A stretch of DNA of 64,000 bases from Planctomycetota bacterium. GTDB taxonomy: Bacteria; Planctomycetota; Planctomycetia; Pirellulales; Lacipirellulaceae. The notes beneath the pieces were generated by a model. The model was not told the DNA's origin. It was given only the letters and a program-made list of their open reading frames with translations, and did not search any database. The DNA is taken from contig JAJDEF010000037.1 of assembly GCA_029259945.1 (NCBI GenBank), positions 122,169 to 186,168 on the forward strand. The letters are read 5' to 3'. This document shows, in pieces, positions 39,086-49,543 of this stretch. Numbering within the stretch: position 1 is the first letter of the stretch; the number at the start of each line of letters is the position of its first letter. A program made the position numbers and the translations under genes.

Positions 39086-39282
39086 CTCCTGTTCTGCCTC
39101 CCCAGCTACTTTACTTGCCTTGCCCGACGTCTTATCCTACCTACCAGCTTGTCCGCGCCAATTTTTCTTTTTTTCACAGGTTGGCGCTAAATAGCTTGAA
39201 AGAGTAGGTGCGCAGACCAAGTTGGCCTGTAAGGCGGAGCGCCTTCTTCATCACAAAACCAACTAAAAATGATGGGGATGAT

Positions 39283-40680
39283 ATGGGCGCGTCTTTTCGA
39301 TCTTTATTGCTTGTGCTTGCAATTACAAGCGTGGGAATACAAGCCGACGGGGCTGCAGCGGCAGACACCCTCGATTTGGCGACGGTGGCAGCGAAGGCAG
39401 AAGAAGCAGCCCTGGCTGGGCATAACGCTTGGATGCTGGTCTGCTGTGCTTTGGTGCTGTTTATGACGGCTCCGGGGCTCGCCATGTTTTATGGCGGATT
39501 GGTCCGCCGTAAAAACGTGCTCGGCGTCTTGATGCAATGCTTGTTTCTGATGGGCATGATGACCGTCTTGTGGGCCCTCTATGGGTATTCGCTCGCGTTT
39601 GGTGGTGATGGACCTTACCTCGGCAATTGTGATTACTTGTTCATGGAAGGCGTCCAGCGCACTTGGGATGAGGCGACTGGCGCAGCCATTGAACCCATGG
39701 CAGGCGGCATTCCACGATACACCCACATGCTATTCCAAGGCATGTTTTTTATTATCACCCCGGCGCTCATCTGCGGAGCCTTTGCCGAGCGGATGAAATT
39801 TAGTGCGATGGTGGTATTTAGCGCAGCCTGGGGAACACTCGTCTACTGTCCACTTTGTCACTGGGTCTGGGGCGGCGGCATCTTGGCATTTGGTTCAGAG
39901 CATGCCTGGATGGGCGGGGCTCTCGATTTTGCCGGGGGGACCGTCGTGCATATTAGCTCGGGCGTGTCGGCCTTGATTTGTGCGTTAATGATCGGCAAAC
40001 GGGGTGGCATGGGCCACTCCGACATGCGGCCTCACAACTTGACCTATACCACCCTCGGCGCAGCCATGCTGTGGGTCGGTTGGTTTGGCTTCAACGCCGG
40101 AAGCGAATTACTTTCCGATCACCTAACCTCCAGCGCCTTTGCGGTAACCCATTTTTCTGCGGCAGCGGGTCTCCTTGGTTGGAGCTTTTACGAATGGATT
40201 AAAGATGGAAAACCAAGCGTCTTGGGTGCCGCCTCAGGTGCCGTCGCCGGTTTGGTCTGCATCACCCCTGCAGCGGGTTTCGTGAATCCCATGCATGCCC
40301 TGCTGATGGGTGCCTTTGCTGGAATCGTTTGTGCGATTGCCTGCGGTACGATCAAAAACCGATTTGGCTACGACGACTCTCTCGACGCCTTCGGTGTTCA
40401 TGGGGTCGGAGGGACTTTGGGGGCCGTTTTAACCGGCGTTTTCGCAACACGCGCCTGCTGGGATATTGCCGAGGGCGAGCCACTGGGAATAATAGAGAAG
40501 GGTTCGGTCATGCCAGGGCAACTGCTAGCCATCGCGGTGACATGGATCTTCAGTATCGTCGCCACTTTTGTGATCCTCAAGGTGATCGACGCTATCATCG
40601 GCTTGCGAGTCGGCGAAAATGACGAGGTTCGCGGCCTGGATCTTAGCGAACATGGCGAAGAAGGTTATATTTTCACCTAA
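39283..40680 (+). CDS. amtB: Ammonium transporter
   Basis: LFMTAPGLAMFYGGLVR, FQGMFFIITPAL, DFAGGTVVH, WVGWFGFNAGS, DDSLDAFGVHG, GLDLSEHGE. Confidence 0.97.
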   Translation: MGASFRSLLLVLAITSVGIQADGAAAADTLDLATVAAKAEEAALAGHNAWMLVCCALVLFMTAPGLAMFYGGLVRRKNVLGVLMQCLFLMGMMTVLWALYGYSLAFGGDGPYLGNCDYLFMEGVQRTWDEATGAAIEPMAGGIPRYTHMLFQGMFFIITPALICGAFAERMKFSAMVVFSAAWGTLVYCPLCHWVWGGGILAFGSEHAWMGGALDFAGGTVVHISSGVSALICALMIGKRGGMGHSDMRPHNLTYTTLGAAMLWVGWFGFNAGSELLSDHLTSSAFAVTHFSAAAGLLGWSFYEWIKDGKPSVLGAASGAVAGLVCITPAAGFVNPMHALLMGAFAGIVCAIACGTIKNRFGYDDSLDAFGVHGVGGTLGAVLTGVFATRACWDIAEGEPLGIIEKGSVMPGQLLAIAVTWIFSIVATFVILKVIDAIIGLRVGENDEVRGLDLSEHGEEGYIFT

Positions 40681-41106
<426 letters not shown>

Positions 41107-41139
41107 GTTGTCAGTGCGAACTTGCAACCCCAAGCATCC

Positions 41140-41172
41140 CGGGCCGGCGCTGATAGCGCCGGCCCGCTTTTT
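41140..41172 (+). terminator. Intrinsic terminator after glnK
   Basis: CGGGCCGGCGCT-GAT-AGCGCCGGCCCG-CTTTTT. Confidence 0.75.
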
Positions 41173-41187
41173 GCCAATTTTGTAAAA

Positions 41188-41345
41188 GTCTCTCGCAAAG
41201 GCGGGAAGACGCAAAAAAATGAGGTGAATCACGCAGAGTCGTAGAGACTGCAGAGGAAACGTGAGTGTAAAAGTAAGAAGAGCAAAAGGGGCGCTGGTTT
41301 TTATCTCGCGCCTCACAACTAGCGCCTCGCGCCTTAGCGAGAGAC
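41188..41345. repeat. CTCTCGCAAAGGCG-family foldback repeat containing a heptamer array (41305-41332)
   Basis: GTCTCTCGCAAAGGCG ... CGCCTTAGCGAGAGAC ends; CTCGCGC-CTCACAA-CTAGCGC-CTCGCGC. Confidence 0.7.
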
Positions 41346-41379
41346 CGATTCGCCTTTCCTCCTATGAACAGTTACCAAT

Positions 41380-44013
41380 ATGCCAAATAGCTCCCCGCTT
41401 CAGGAATCGATTCGCGAAATTCGCGATGAACTGCGAGAGCAGCGCGAAACGGTCAGACTGTCGCACGAACGCGGACTGTCGGGGGAACGTGTCTCGGCCA
41501 AGTTGGCAGCGCTCATTGATGGCGTAGTCATACGACTCTTCAACCTCGCTTTGGATGAGCTTGAAGAAGAGGCTGCAAACGCGATTCGCTCGAATGTGGC
41601 TGTCGTCGCTTTGGGAAGCTTAAGCCGTCGGCAATGTGCACCGTTCTCGGATGTCGATCTGATGATATTACATCAAGATCAGGCCCCTGAGGATCTGGCG
41701 GCCGCGCTTCGGACAATGACCCAGGGAATCTTCGATGTGGGTCTACAACTAGGACACAGCATTCGTACCGTGAACGAAGCCGTCCAGTTGGCTCGCACCG
41801 ATACGGTAATCTACACGTCGCTGGCAGACGCTCGCCTGATGATTGGTCGGCAATCGTTGTACGATGCCTTTCGCTCAAATCTTGATCGCATGGCCCAGAA
41901 AAACAGCAAGGTGATTTGCCAGGAAATACTCGATACTCGCCTGAAAGAACGAAATCAGTATGGCGAGACGGTGTATCTCCTTGAGCCGCATGTCAAGCGC
42001 TCGCGAGGTGGGCTACGAGACCTCAATCTGCTGCGTTGGCTCGGGTATGCGAAACATCAAACTGCCGATCCCGATCGGTTGTTGCTCACCGGTGCCCTCT
42101 CGAAACTGGATCATCGTCGGTGGCTGTTGGCGAGAGAATTTTTTCTGCGACTGCGCAACGAGATGCACTTTCACGCCAACTCGGCCCGAGACACGCTCGA
42201 CCGTGCCGAACAACTGCGGATTGCCGAGTGGATGGGGTACAAGGCGCGCTCGGGACTGTTGCCGGTGGAATACTTAATGCGCGACTACTTTCGGCATACC
42301 AATCAGGTTTGGCAGATTGTCCGCCGACGGGATGCGAGCCTGCAAACGGTCTCGCGTCTCTCTCGTGCGCTCGACCCGGTTCTCGGAAAAAACGTGGATG
42401 GCTATTACCGTGTGGGGCTTCGCCATGTGAGTGCCACGACCGCAGGCATCGAAAAGCTGAAGAAAGATATCCGCGAAGTGCTGCGCCTTGTTGAACTGTC
42501 GGCGAAAGAACAAAAGCATCTCGACCACCGAACTTTTTCGTTATTACTGCTGGCTGCCCCCGACTTTCCCGACAAGGTGGCCGAGACCGTGGGGCAACAA
42601 TTCTACGACATGCTGGCAGACCCAAAGACCGTGGGGGAAACCCTTCGCGTGCTCCACGAGTTGGGCTATCTCGAAAAAGTCATCCCCGCCTTCCGTCACG
42701 TCCGTTGTTTATTGCAGTTCAACCAATATCACAAATTTACCGTGGACGAGCACAGCCTGCGAGCCGTTCGCAAAGCAGCTCGGTTTGCCGACCGAGAGGA
42801 TACACTCGGGACCGCTTATCGCGAAATCAAAAATAAGCGTACTTTCCATTTAGCCGTTTTGCTCCATGACCTGGGCAAAGGATTCGAAGAAGACCATTGC
42901 GAGGTCGGCAAACGCATTGCTGAAGAGACCACCGAGTCGCTGCACCTCGACGAGCAATCGGCAAACGACGTGGTCTACTTAGTGCATCAACACCTGATGA
43001 TGGCGCACCTAACATTTCGCCGCGACACAAGCGACGAATTGCTAATCAAAAATTTCGCCGAAAACGTCGGTTCGGTCGAACGGCTTCGGATGTTGTTCGT
43101 ACTCACCTGTGCCGACTTGGCTGCGGTGGGCCCTGGGGTGCTCAATGATTGGAAGGTGGACGTTTTGGCCGGCGTCTATCGACGAACGGCCAAGCTTCTA
43201 GAGCACGATGACGATACTTCCTACGAATCCGAATTAGAAGCTCATCGCCGACTACTTTCCGACAAGCTCTCCACTTCGGAACAAAAAGACGCTTGGTTCG
43301 CGAAGCAAATAAAAACCCTTTCGCGTAGCTATCTGGCTGAATTTGAAGCCGACGAGGTGATCGAAACGCTGAGGCGTTACCATCGGTTGACCGATTCAGA
43401 AATCAATGTGGTCGCCACGACTCAGCCTGAAACAAAAACCATTCGCTTTGTGGCAGGCGCTCATCAAGGCACCGGACGTGGAGTTTTCTCCAGCATGGCA
43501 GGGGCTCTGACCGAGCAAGGCATGCGTATTTTATCGGCACATACCGACGTCCTGGCCGACGATCTACTCATGGTCCGTTATACCGTCACCGACCCAGCCA
43601 ACGCAGACGCAACCGCTCCAGAACGACTCGCTGTCGTTTGCCAATCGCTCCAGGCATCGGTCGACTCGAACGAGCCCCCCCGATTTCCTCAGGTTTGGGG
43701 CGAAGAACAAGCAGAAGCTTCGATCCAACTTTCGATGCTGCCTAATGAAGTTCGCCTCGATAATGAAGTGTCTGCCGACTTTAGCGTGGTCGAGGTGTTT
43801 ACGTTCGACCGGAAAGGCTTACTCTACCTCTTGTCGCGCAAACTGCACGACCTTTCGCTGATTATTCGGCATGCAATCATCGGCACCTATCTCGATCAGG
43901 TCGTCGACGTTTTCTATCTCACCGACCGCCAGGGAAAGAAAATCCAAGATGCCGATCAGCTAGACCATCTGCGCAACCAATTGCTTGAAGTCATCGAGCG
44001 CAAGCAGAATTAA
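41380..44013 (+). CDS. glnD: [Protein-PII] uridylyltransferase / uridylyl-removing enzyme
   Basis: FSDVDL nucleotidyltransferase; LEPHVKRSRGGLRD; YHKFTVDEH and LLHDLGKG HD domain; two ACT domains (VVDVFY). Confidence 0.95.
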   Translation: MPNSSPLQESIREIRDELREQRETVRLSHERGLSGERVSAKLAALIDGVVIRLFNLALDELEEEAANAIRSNVAVVALGSLSRRQCAPFSDVDLMILHQDQAPEDLAAALRTMTQGIFDVGLQLGHSIRTVNEAVQLARTDTVIYTSLADARLMIGRQSLYDAFRSNLDRMAQKNSKVICQEILDTRLKERNQYGETVYLLEPHVKRSRGGLRDLNLLRWLGYAKHQTADPDRLLLTGALSKLDHRRWLLAREFFLRLRNEMHFHANSARDTLDRAEQLRIAEWMGYKARSGLLPVEYLMRDYFRHTNQVWQIVRRRDASLQTVSRLSRALDPVLGKNVDGYYRVGLRHVSATTAGIEKLKKDIREVLRLVELSAKEQKHLDHRTFSLLLLAAPDFPDKVAETVGQQFYDMLADPKTVGETLRVLHELGYLEKVIPAFRHVRCLLQFNQYHKFTVDEHSLRAVRKAARFADREDTLGTAYREIKNKRTFHLAVLLHDLGKGFEEDHCEVGKRIAEETTESLHLDEQSANDVVYLVHQHLMMAHLTFRRDTSDELLIKNFAENVGSVERLRMLFVLTCADLAAVGPGVLNDWKVDVLAGVYRRTAKLLEHDDDTSYESELEAHRRLLSDKLSTSEQKDAWFAKQIKTLSRSYLAEFEADEVIETLRRYHRLTDSEINVVATTQPETKTIRFVAGAHQGTGRGVFSSMAGALTEQGMRILSAHTDVLADDLLMVRYTVTDPANADATAPERLAVVCQSLQASVDSNEPPRFPQVWGEEQAEASIQLSMLPNEVRLDNEVSADFSVVEVFTFDRKGLLYLLSRKLHDLSLIIRHAIIGTYLDQVVDVFYLTDRQGKKIQDADQLDHLRNQLLEVIERKQN

Positions 44014-44051
44014 AGCCTCGCGACAACTGCTTTCAGAAGAAAAGTAAACAG

Positions 44052-44264
44052 GTCTCTCGCAAAGGCGCAAAGAAAAGTAATATGAGTCTCGCAGAGCCGC
44101 AGAGACGGCAGAGAAAAGGTGTGTATAACCAAGAAGAGCAGTAACTATCAAACTGCTAGTTGTTGAGAGGACGTGTCTGGTCAACTCAAGCACTCTGCTG
44201 TCTCTGCGGCTCTGCGAGACACTTTTTTGCTTCTTCCTTTGCGCCTTCGCGCCTTTGCGAGAGC
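44052..44264. repeat. Nested double foldback repeat
   Basis: Outer CTCTCGCAAAGGCGC / GCGCCTTTGCGAGAG; inner GTCTCGCAGAGCCGCAGAGAC / GTCTCTGCGGCTCTGCGAGAC. Confidence 0.8.
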
Positions 44265-44354
44265 CCGATCCGACGTTTCCGCTCTTGGTATTTCACCAAC
44301 ATACACTAAACTGTTTCTTCCTCCCCTACCCTGACCTAAACCTGTCCCAGTACT

Positions 44355-45359
44355 ATGGATAACCCATCAAATAAGCCTGCTGACGAAAATGAGTATCCGC
44401 GCATCAATGCGAAAGATACCGACCGCAAGCTCTCAAAATATTTTTCCAATAATTTCAATCGCTACTCCGAATTTGCCCCGCTTAGCAAAGGGGGCGGGGG
44501 CCAACTGCAATCTTGTCTCGACATGAATCTCGGCCGAAGGGTCGTGATGAAGACGCTACCACCGCATCTGGCAAACCACGAGTACCTGCGCGCGCGGTTC
44601 TTGCGCGAAGCTCGGGTGACCGCTCAGCTACAGCACCCCAACACTGTCCCCGTCTACGAAATAGGCCATGACAACGACGGCCGACTTTACTTCACCATGA
44701 AAAAAGTCGAAGGCAAAACCCTACGCGATATTCTCGAAGATCAAACCCAGGGTAATCAAAAAGCAATTTACATCTACAACCTAGATCGAATGCTCGGTGT
44801 GCTAATCCAAATCTGCAATGCCCTATCGTATGCACACGCCCACGGCGTGGTACATCGAGACATCAAACCCGAAAACATTCAGATCGGCGCGTTTGGCGAG
44901 GTGGTGCTCTTGGATTGGGGCGTAGCCAAAGTTTGGGCCGCAGACGAGGACGAAGACGACGAACCCGAACGACAATTGATGGAGCACGAAGAATTAACCA
45001 GCGTCAACCAACGGCCTGGAACCCCGCTGTACATGTCGCCCGAACAAGTGCGCGGAGGAGGCGAAATCGATGCCCGCACCGATGTCTATAGTATTGGCGT
45101 AGTGCTTTATGAAATTCTCACGCTCAAAGAGCCCCTTCGCGGCAAACGCGTCAATGAAACCTTTGAAATGATCCTCCACGAAAAGCCCGAGCCACCCGAA
45201 CAACGTGCTCCTATACGATACATCCCCGAATTACTCTCCAAGATTTCGATGAAAGCTTTGGAAAAAGACCCAGCCGACCGATATCAAACCATGCAAGAAA
45301 TGATCGACGCACTACGCGAATTCCGAGGCCGAGCTTTTCGTTCGATGAGTGGAAATTAG
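44355..45359 (+). CDS. Soluble Ser/Thr protein kinase (kinase domain only)
   Basis: HPNTVPVYE, HRDIKPEN, DWGVAK, GTPLYMSPEQ, DVYSIG. Confidence 0.92.
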   Translation: MDNPSNKPADENEYPRINAKDTDRKLSKYFSNNFNRYSEFAPLSKGGGGQLQSCLDMNLGRRVVMKTLPPHLANHEYLRARFLREARVTAQLQHPNTVPVYEIGHDNDGRLYFTMKKVEGKTLRDILEDQTQGNQKAIYIYNLDRMLGVLIQICNALSYAHAHGVVHRDIKPENIQIGAFGEVVLLDWGVAKVWAADEDEDDEPERQLMEHEELTSVNQRPGTPLYMSPEQVRGGGEIDARTDVYSIGVVLYEILTLKEPLRGKRVNETFEMILHEKPEPPEQRAPIRYIPELLSKISMKALEKDPADRYQTMQEMIDALREFRGRAFRSMSGN

Positions 45360-45462
45360 AAAACCACCCACCCTACGGCCAAAAGACAATTTTGAAATCG
45401 GCTCAGGCCCTTGACCCAGGCTGGCTGGGCATCGAAAATCGATGTTTTCCTTGGGAGTTTTT

Positions 45463-46683
<1,221 letters not shown>

Positions 46684-46736
46684 AAATTTATCCTGCAGAA
46701 CCACTCACCCTACACCTAAAAACTCCTGTTTCATTT

Positions 46737-47537
46737 ATGTCTGTAATCGATCAACTTTTTGTCAAGCTCCGTAACGAAAATCGCAAGGCGCTGATGCCGT
46801 TTATCACGGCTGGCGACCCCGACCTTGAATTCACTGCGGAGGTCATTCAAGAGCTTGTCGCGCGCGGTGCGTCGATGTGCGAAGTAGGCATCCCTTACAG
46901 CGACCCCATCGCTGACGGGCCGGTCATTCAAGCCTCGTACACTCGAGCGCTGGGTCGAGGAATAAAACTGGCAGACCTATTAGAATCGCTCGGCAATGTC
47001 TCGCCACAAATTTCTGCGCCGCTGGTCACCATGGGCAGCTACGCCATCATCTATCGGCATGGTATCGAAAAATATGCCGATGCGCTGAGCGAACGTGGCG
47101 TTGCCGGCATGATTGTGCCCGACTTGCCGCTCGAAGAATCTCCCCAGCTAGCCAAGGTTTGTGCCGCCCGTGATTTGAGCTTAATTCAACTAGTGACCCC
47201 CACCACGCCACCCGATCGAACGCTCAAGATCGCAGAAACATCCAGCGGTTTTTTGTACTACGTTTCGGTGGCCGGCATTACGGGAGAACGCACCGAACTT
47301 CCGCCTGAGTTGGTCGAACGCGTCAGTTGGTTACGTGAGCAAACCCCCCTGCCCGTCTGCATCGGATTTGGAATTAGCCAACCCGAGCATGTGAAATTGC
47401 TGGCCCCGGTCGCCGATGGCCTTATCGTCGGCTCCGCCATTGTCCGCCGCATGGCAAATGTCACCCCAAAAAACCGAAGCACCACCTTGCAAGAAATCGG
47501 CGACTACGTCGAAACGCTGCTATCAGCGCTCGAATAA
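46737..47537 (+). CDS. trpA: Tryptophan synthase alpha subunit
   Basis: MPFITAGDP, GIPYSDPIADGPVIQ, VPDLPLEE, GFGIS, DGLIVGSA. Confidence 0.97.
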   Translation: MSVIDQLFVKLRNENRKALMPFITAGDPDLEFTAEVIQELVARGASMCEVGIPYSDPIADGPVIQASYTRALGRGIKLADLLESLGNVSPQISAPLVTMGSYAIIYRHGIEKYADALSERGVAGMIVPDLPLEESPQLAKVCAARDLSLIQLVTPTTPPDRTLKIAETSSGFLYYVSVAGITGERTELPPELVERVSWLREQTPLPVCIGFGISQPEHVKLLAPVADGLIVGSAIVRRMANVTPKNRSTTLQEIGDYVETLLSALE

Positions 47538-47549
47538 ATCCGGTAAGGA

Positions 47550-47708
47550 TTTTAACGCAGAGGACGCTGAGAGCGCGGAGGAGAATGACTCTGTTGCTCT
47601 AGATTTGGGAGTCCGTTTCTTCGGTAATTTTGATGCGAGCAATGCGGCCCGGAACTAGACTACAAAAAAATTCTTCTCTGCGCTCTCAGCGACCTCCGCG
47701 GTAAAAAA
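47550..47708. repeat. CAGAG-family foldback repeat
   Basis: TTTAACGCAGAGGACGCTGAGAGCGCGGAG ... CTCTGCGCTCTCAGCGACCTCCGCGGTAAA inverted arms. Confidence 0.75.
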
Positions 47709-47939
47709 TGGGCCTTTCTAGGAACTGTGGCTTTGCAGTGTCTACTTAATCTTAATCACAATTTTTTACGTTTCTTTTTTCTGGCGAACACGTAACCCTA
47801 TTGCCGATAACAGATATACCTGTTAATCCCGGCATACTCGATTTGACCTCTGGCATTTTTGCAGGGTAGAATTGAGAGGGTTGCATCGCGAAGATGCTTC
47901 GACGATGCAGCCGACCCCACTTTTCTTTGGAGGTCGCCC

Positions 47940-48482
47940 ATGACATCAAATTCGCCACGTGGAGCCCGCAGCGAGGTGCTGCAGCGGTTCTTTTCTGGTC
48001 TCACCGAGTACACCTTCGCCTCGCGGCTAGGCGTTGCCGATCCTCCGTTGATCGATTATCTGGCAGCCATGCTAGTCAACTTCGTGCGTACCGACGCGGT
48101 CTACGGATTGCGGACGCCGACCGGCGAACGCCTTTCGCAGGTCGCCGACATGTTGGCCGAAGCACAGGCCCGACAAGGTTCTGCCCGTCGACGTGTCCAT
48201 CGGCATATCGGCGACTTCACACTTTTTTGGACCGGCCTTTATCCCGAAATCGCCGAACGGCTGCGCAAAGATCGTAAAGACAGTCTCATCAACTACCAAG
48301 CACAAGGCAAACGCAACTATCTGATCGCCAGCCGACTGCCGGCCGGTCAGCAATCGGCACCCGACGCCGTCCTCGAACGACTCAGCAACCAATTCGACCT
48401 CTGCGTCTACGGCCTGGGCGAACTTCGCAAACATTGGGAAGAACGCGAGGGCAACAACGACACACCACTACTTCTTGGCTGA
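47940..48482 (+). CDS. Hypothetical helical protein
   Basis: GGAGG RBS; HRHIGDFTLFWTGLYPE and GKRNYLIAS motifs. Confidence 0.8.
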   Translation: MTSNSPRGARSEVLQRFFSGLTEYTFASRLGVADPPLIDYLAAMLVNFVRTDAVYGLRTPTGERLSQVADMLAEAQARQGSARRRVHRHIGDFTLFWTGLYPEIAERLRKDRKDSLINYQAQGKRNYLIASRLPAGQQSAPDAVLERLSNQFDLCVYGLGELRKHWEEREGNNDTPLLLG

Positions 48483-48502
48483 AAACCAATTAGCAGAACT
48501 TG

Positions 48503-48578
48503 GTAGGGTGAGTGCGGCGAAGCGCAACGCACCTTCTCTCACTATCGGTGTGTTTCGCTATCGCTGCACACACCCTGC
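48503..48578. repeat. GTAG-type REP dimer
   Basis: GTAGGGTG...CGCAACGCACC ... GGTGTGTTTCG...CACCCTGC between convergent genes. Confidence 0.7.
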
Positions 48579-48616
48579 AGTCAATCTTCGATCAGCAATC
48601 TTAAATCTCACACCCT

Positions 48617-49543
48617 TCAAGTCACCAACCCTTTGGTGACCATCATAAATACGTCCTCCAGGGTCGGTTCCTTCTCCGCAAACGAAATGAGTCCGCAATC
48701 GGCGGCGACCAACTGACGCATCAAACGCTGCACGTCGGAGTCGGTGCCTTTCATTTCGATCGTGCAGCCGCGAGAATCGACCACGGTGTTCGCCACGTTC
48801 GGATCGCTACGAATAAGGCTGATGCCAGATTCTGGATTTTTGGCAAACCGCACTTCGATATGCCGATTGCTAGTAATTTTTCGATAGACCTTGTCGATCG
48901 GGCCGTGCAGTAAGAGTCGACCACGCTCGATAATACCGATCGAAGTGCAGCAATCGGCCAGCTCAGTAAGAATGTGGCTTGAAATTAATATCGTCTTGCC
49001 CATCTTGCACAATTCTTTCAGCAGTGCCTTCACTTCGAGCCGTGCTCGCGGATCAAGGCCACTGGCGGGTTCGTCGAGGATGAGCACCGGCGGGTCGTGG
49101 ACCAGCGTCTTCGCCAGACACAATCGCTGCTTCATGCCACGCGATAGCCCATTCACAAAATCATCACGTTTGTGAGTCAGGTCGAGCAGTTCAAGAACAT
49201 CCGACAAAACCTCCTTCCGTCGTACTTTGGGCACTTGGTAAGCCACCGAAAAAAAATCGAGAAACTCCCAGACCTTCATGCCGTCGTAGACCCCAAAATT
49301 ATCAGGCATGTAGCCGACGCTACGACGCACACCAATCGGATCGTTCGTCACGCTGTAACCATTGACCGTTCCTTCACCATGCGTGGCTTTCAGTAACGTC
49401 GCGAGAAAACGAATCGTTGTGCTCTTGCCCGCGCCATTCGGCCCAATAAAGCCAAACATCTCGCCAGCCTCGATCTTGAGGTTCAAGTTCGCCACCGCGA
49501 CAAAGTCGCCGTAGTGCTTACCAAAGTTTCTGAGTTCAATCAT
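48617..49543 (-). CDS. ABC transporter ATP-binding protein (ABC-2/CcmA-like)
   Basis: GPNGAGKST, LSRGMKQR, LDEPASGLD, ISSH, LEDVF. Confidence 0.93.
   Translation of the reverse strand: MIELRNFGKHYGDFVAVANLNLKIEAGEMFGFIGPNGAGKSTTIRFLATLLKATHGEGTVNGYSVTNDPIGVRRSVGYMPDNFGVYDGMKVWEFLDFFSVAYQVPKVRRKEVLSDVLELLDLTHKRDDFVNGLSRGMKQRLCLAKTLVHDPPVLILDEPASGLDPRARLEVKALLKELCKMGKTILISSHILTELADCCTSIGIIERGRLLLHGPIDKVYRKITSNRHIEVRFAKNPESGISLIRSDPNVANTVVDSRGCTIEMKGTDSDVQRLMRQLVAADCGLISFAEKEPTLEDVFMMVTKGLVT

Noticed and set aside
39181-39200. Sigma54 promoter (TTGGCGCTAAATAGC) upstream of amtB
   Set aside because: The GG-to-GC spacing is 9 nt rather than the required 10.
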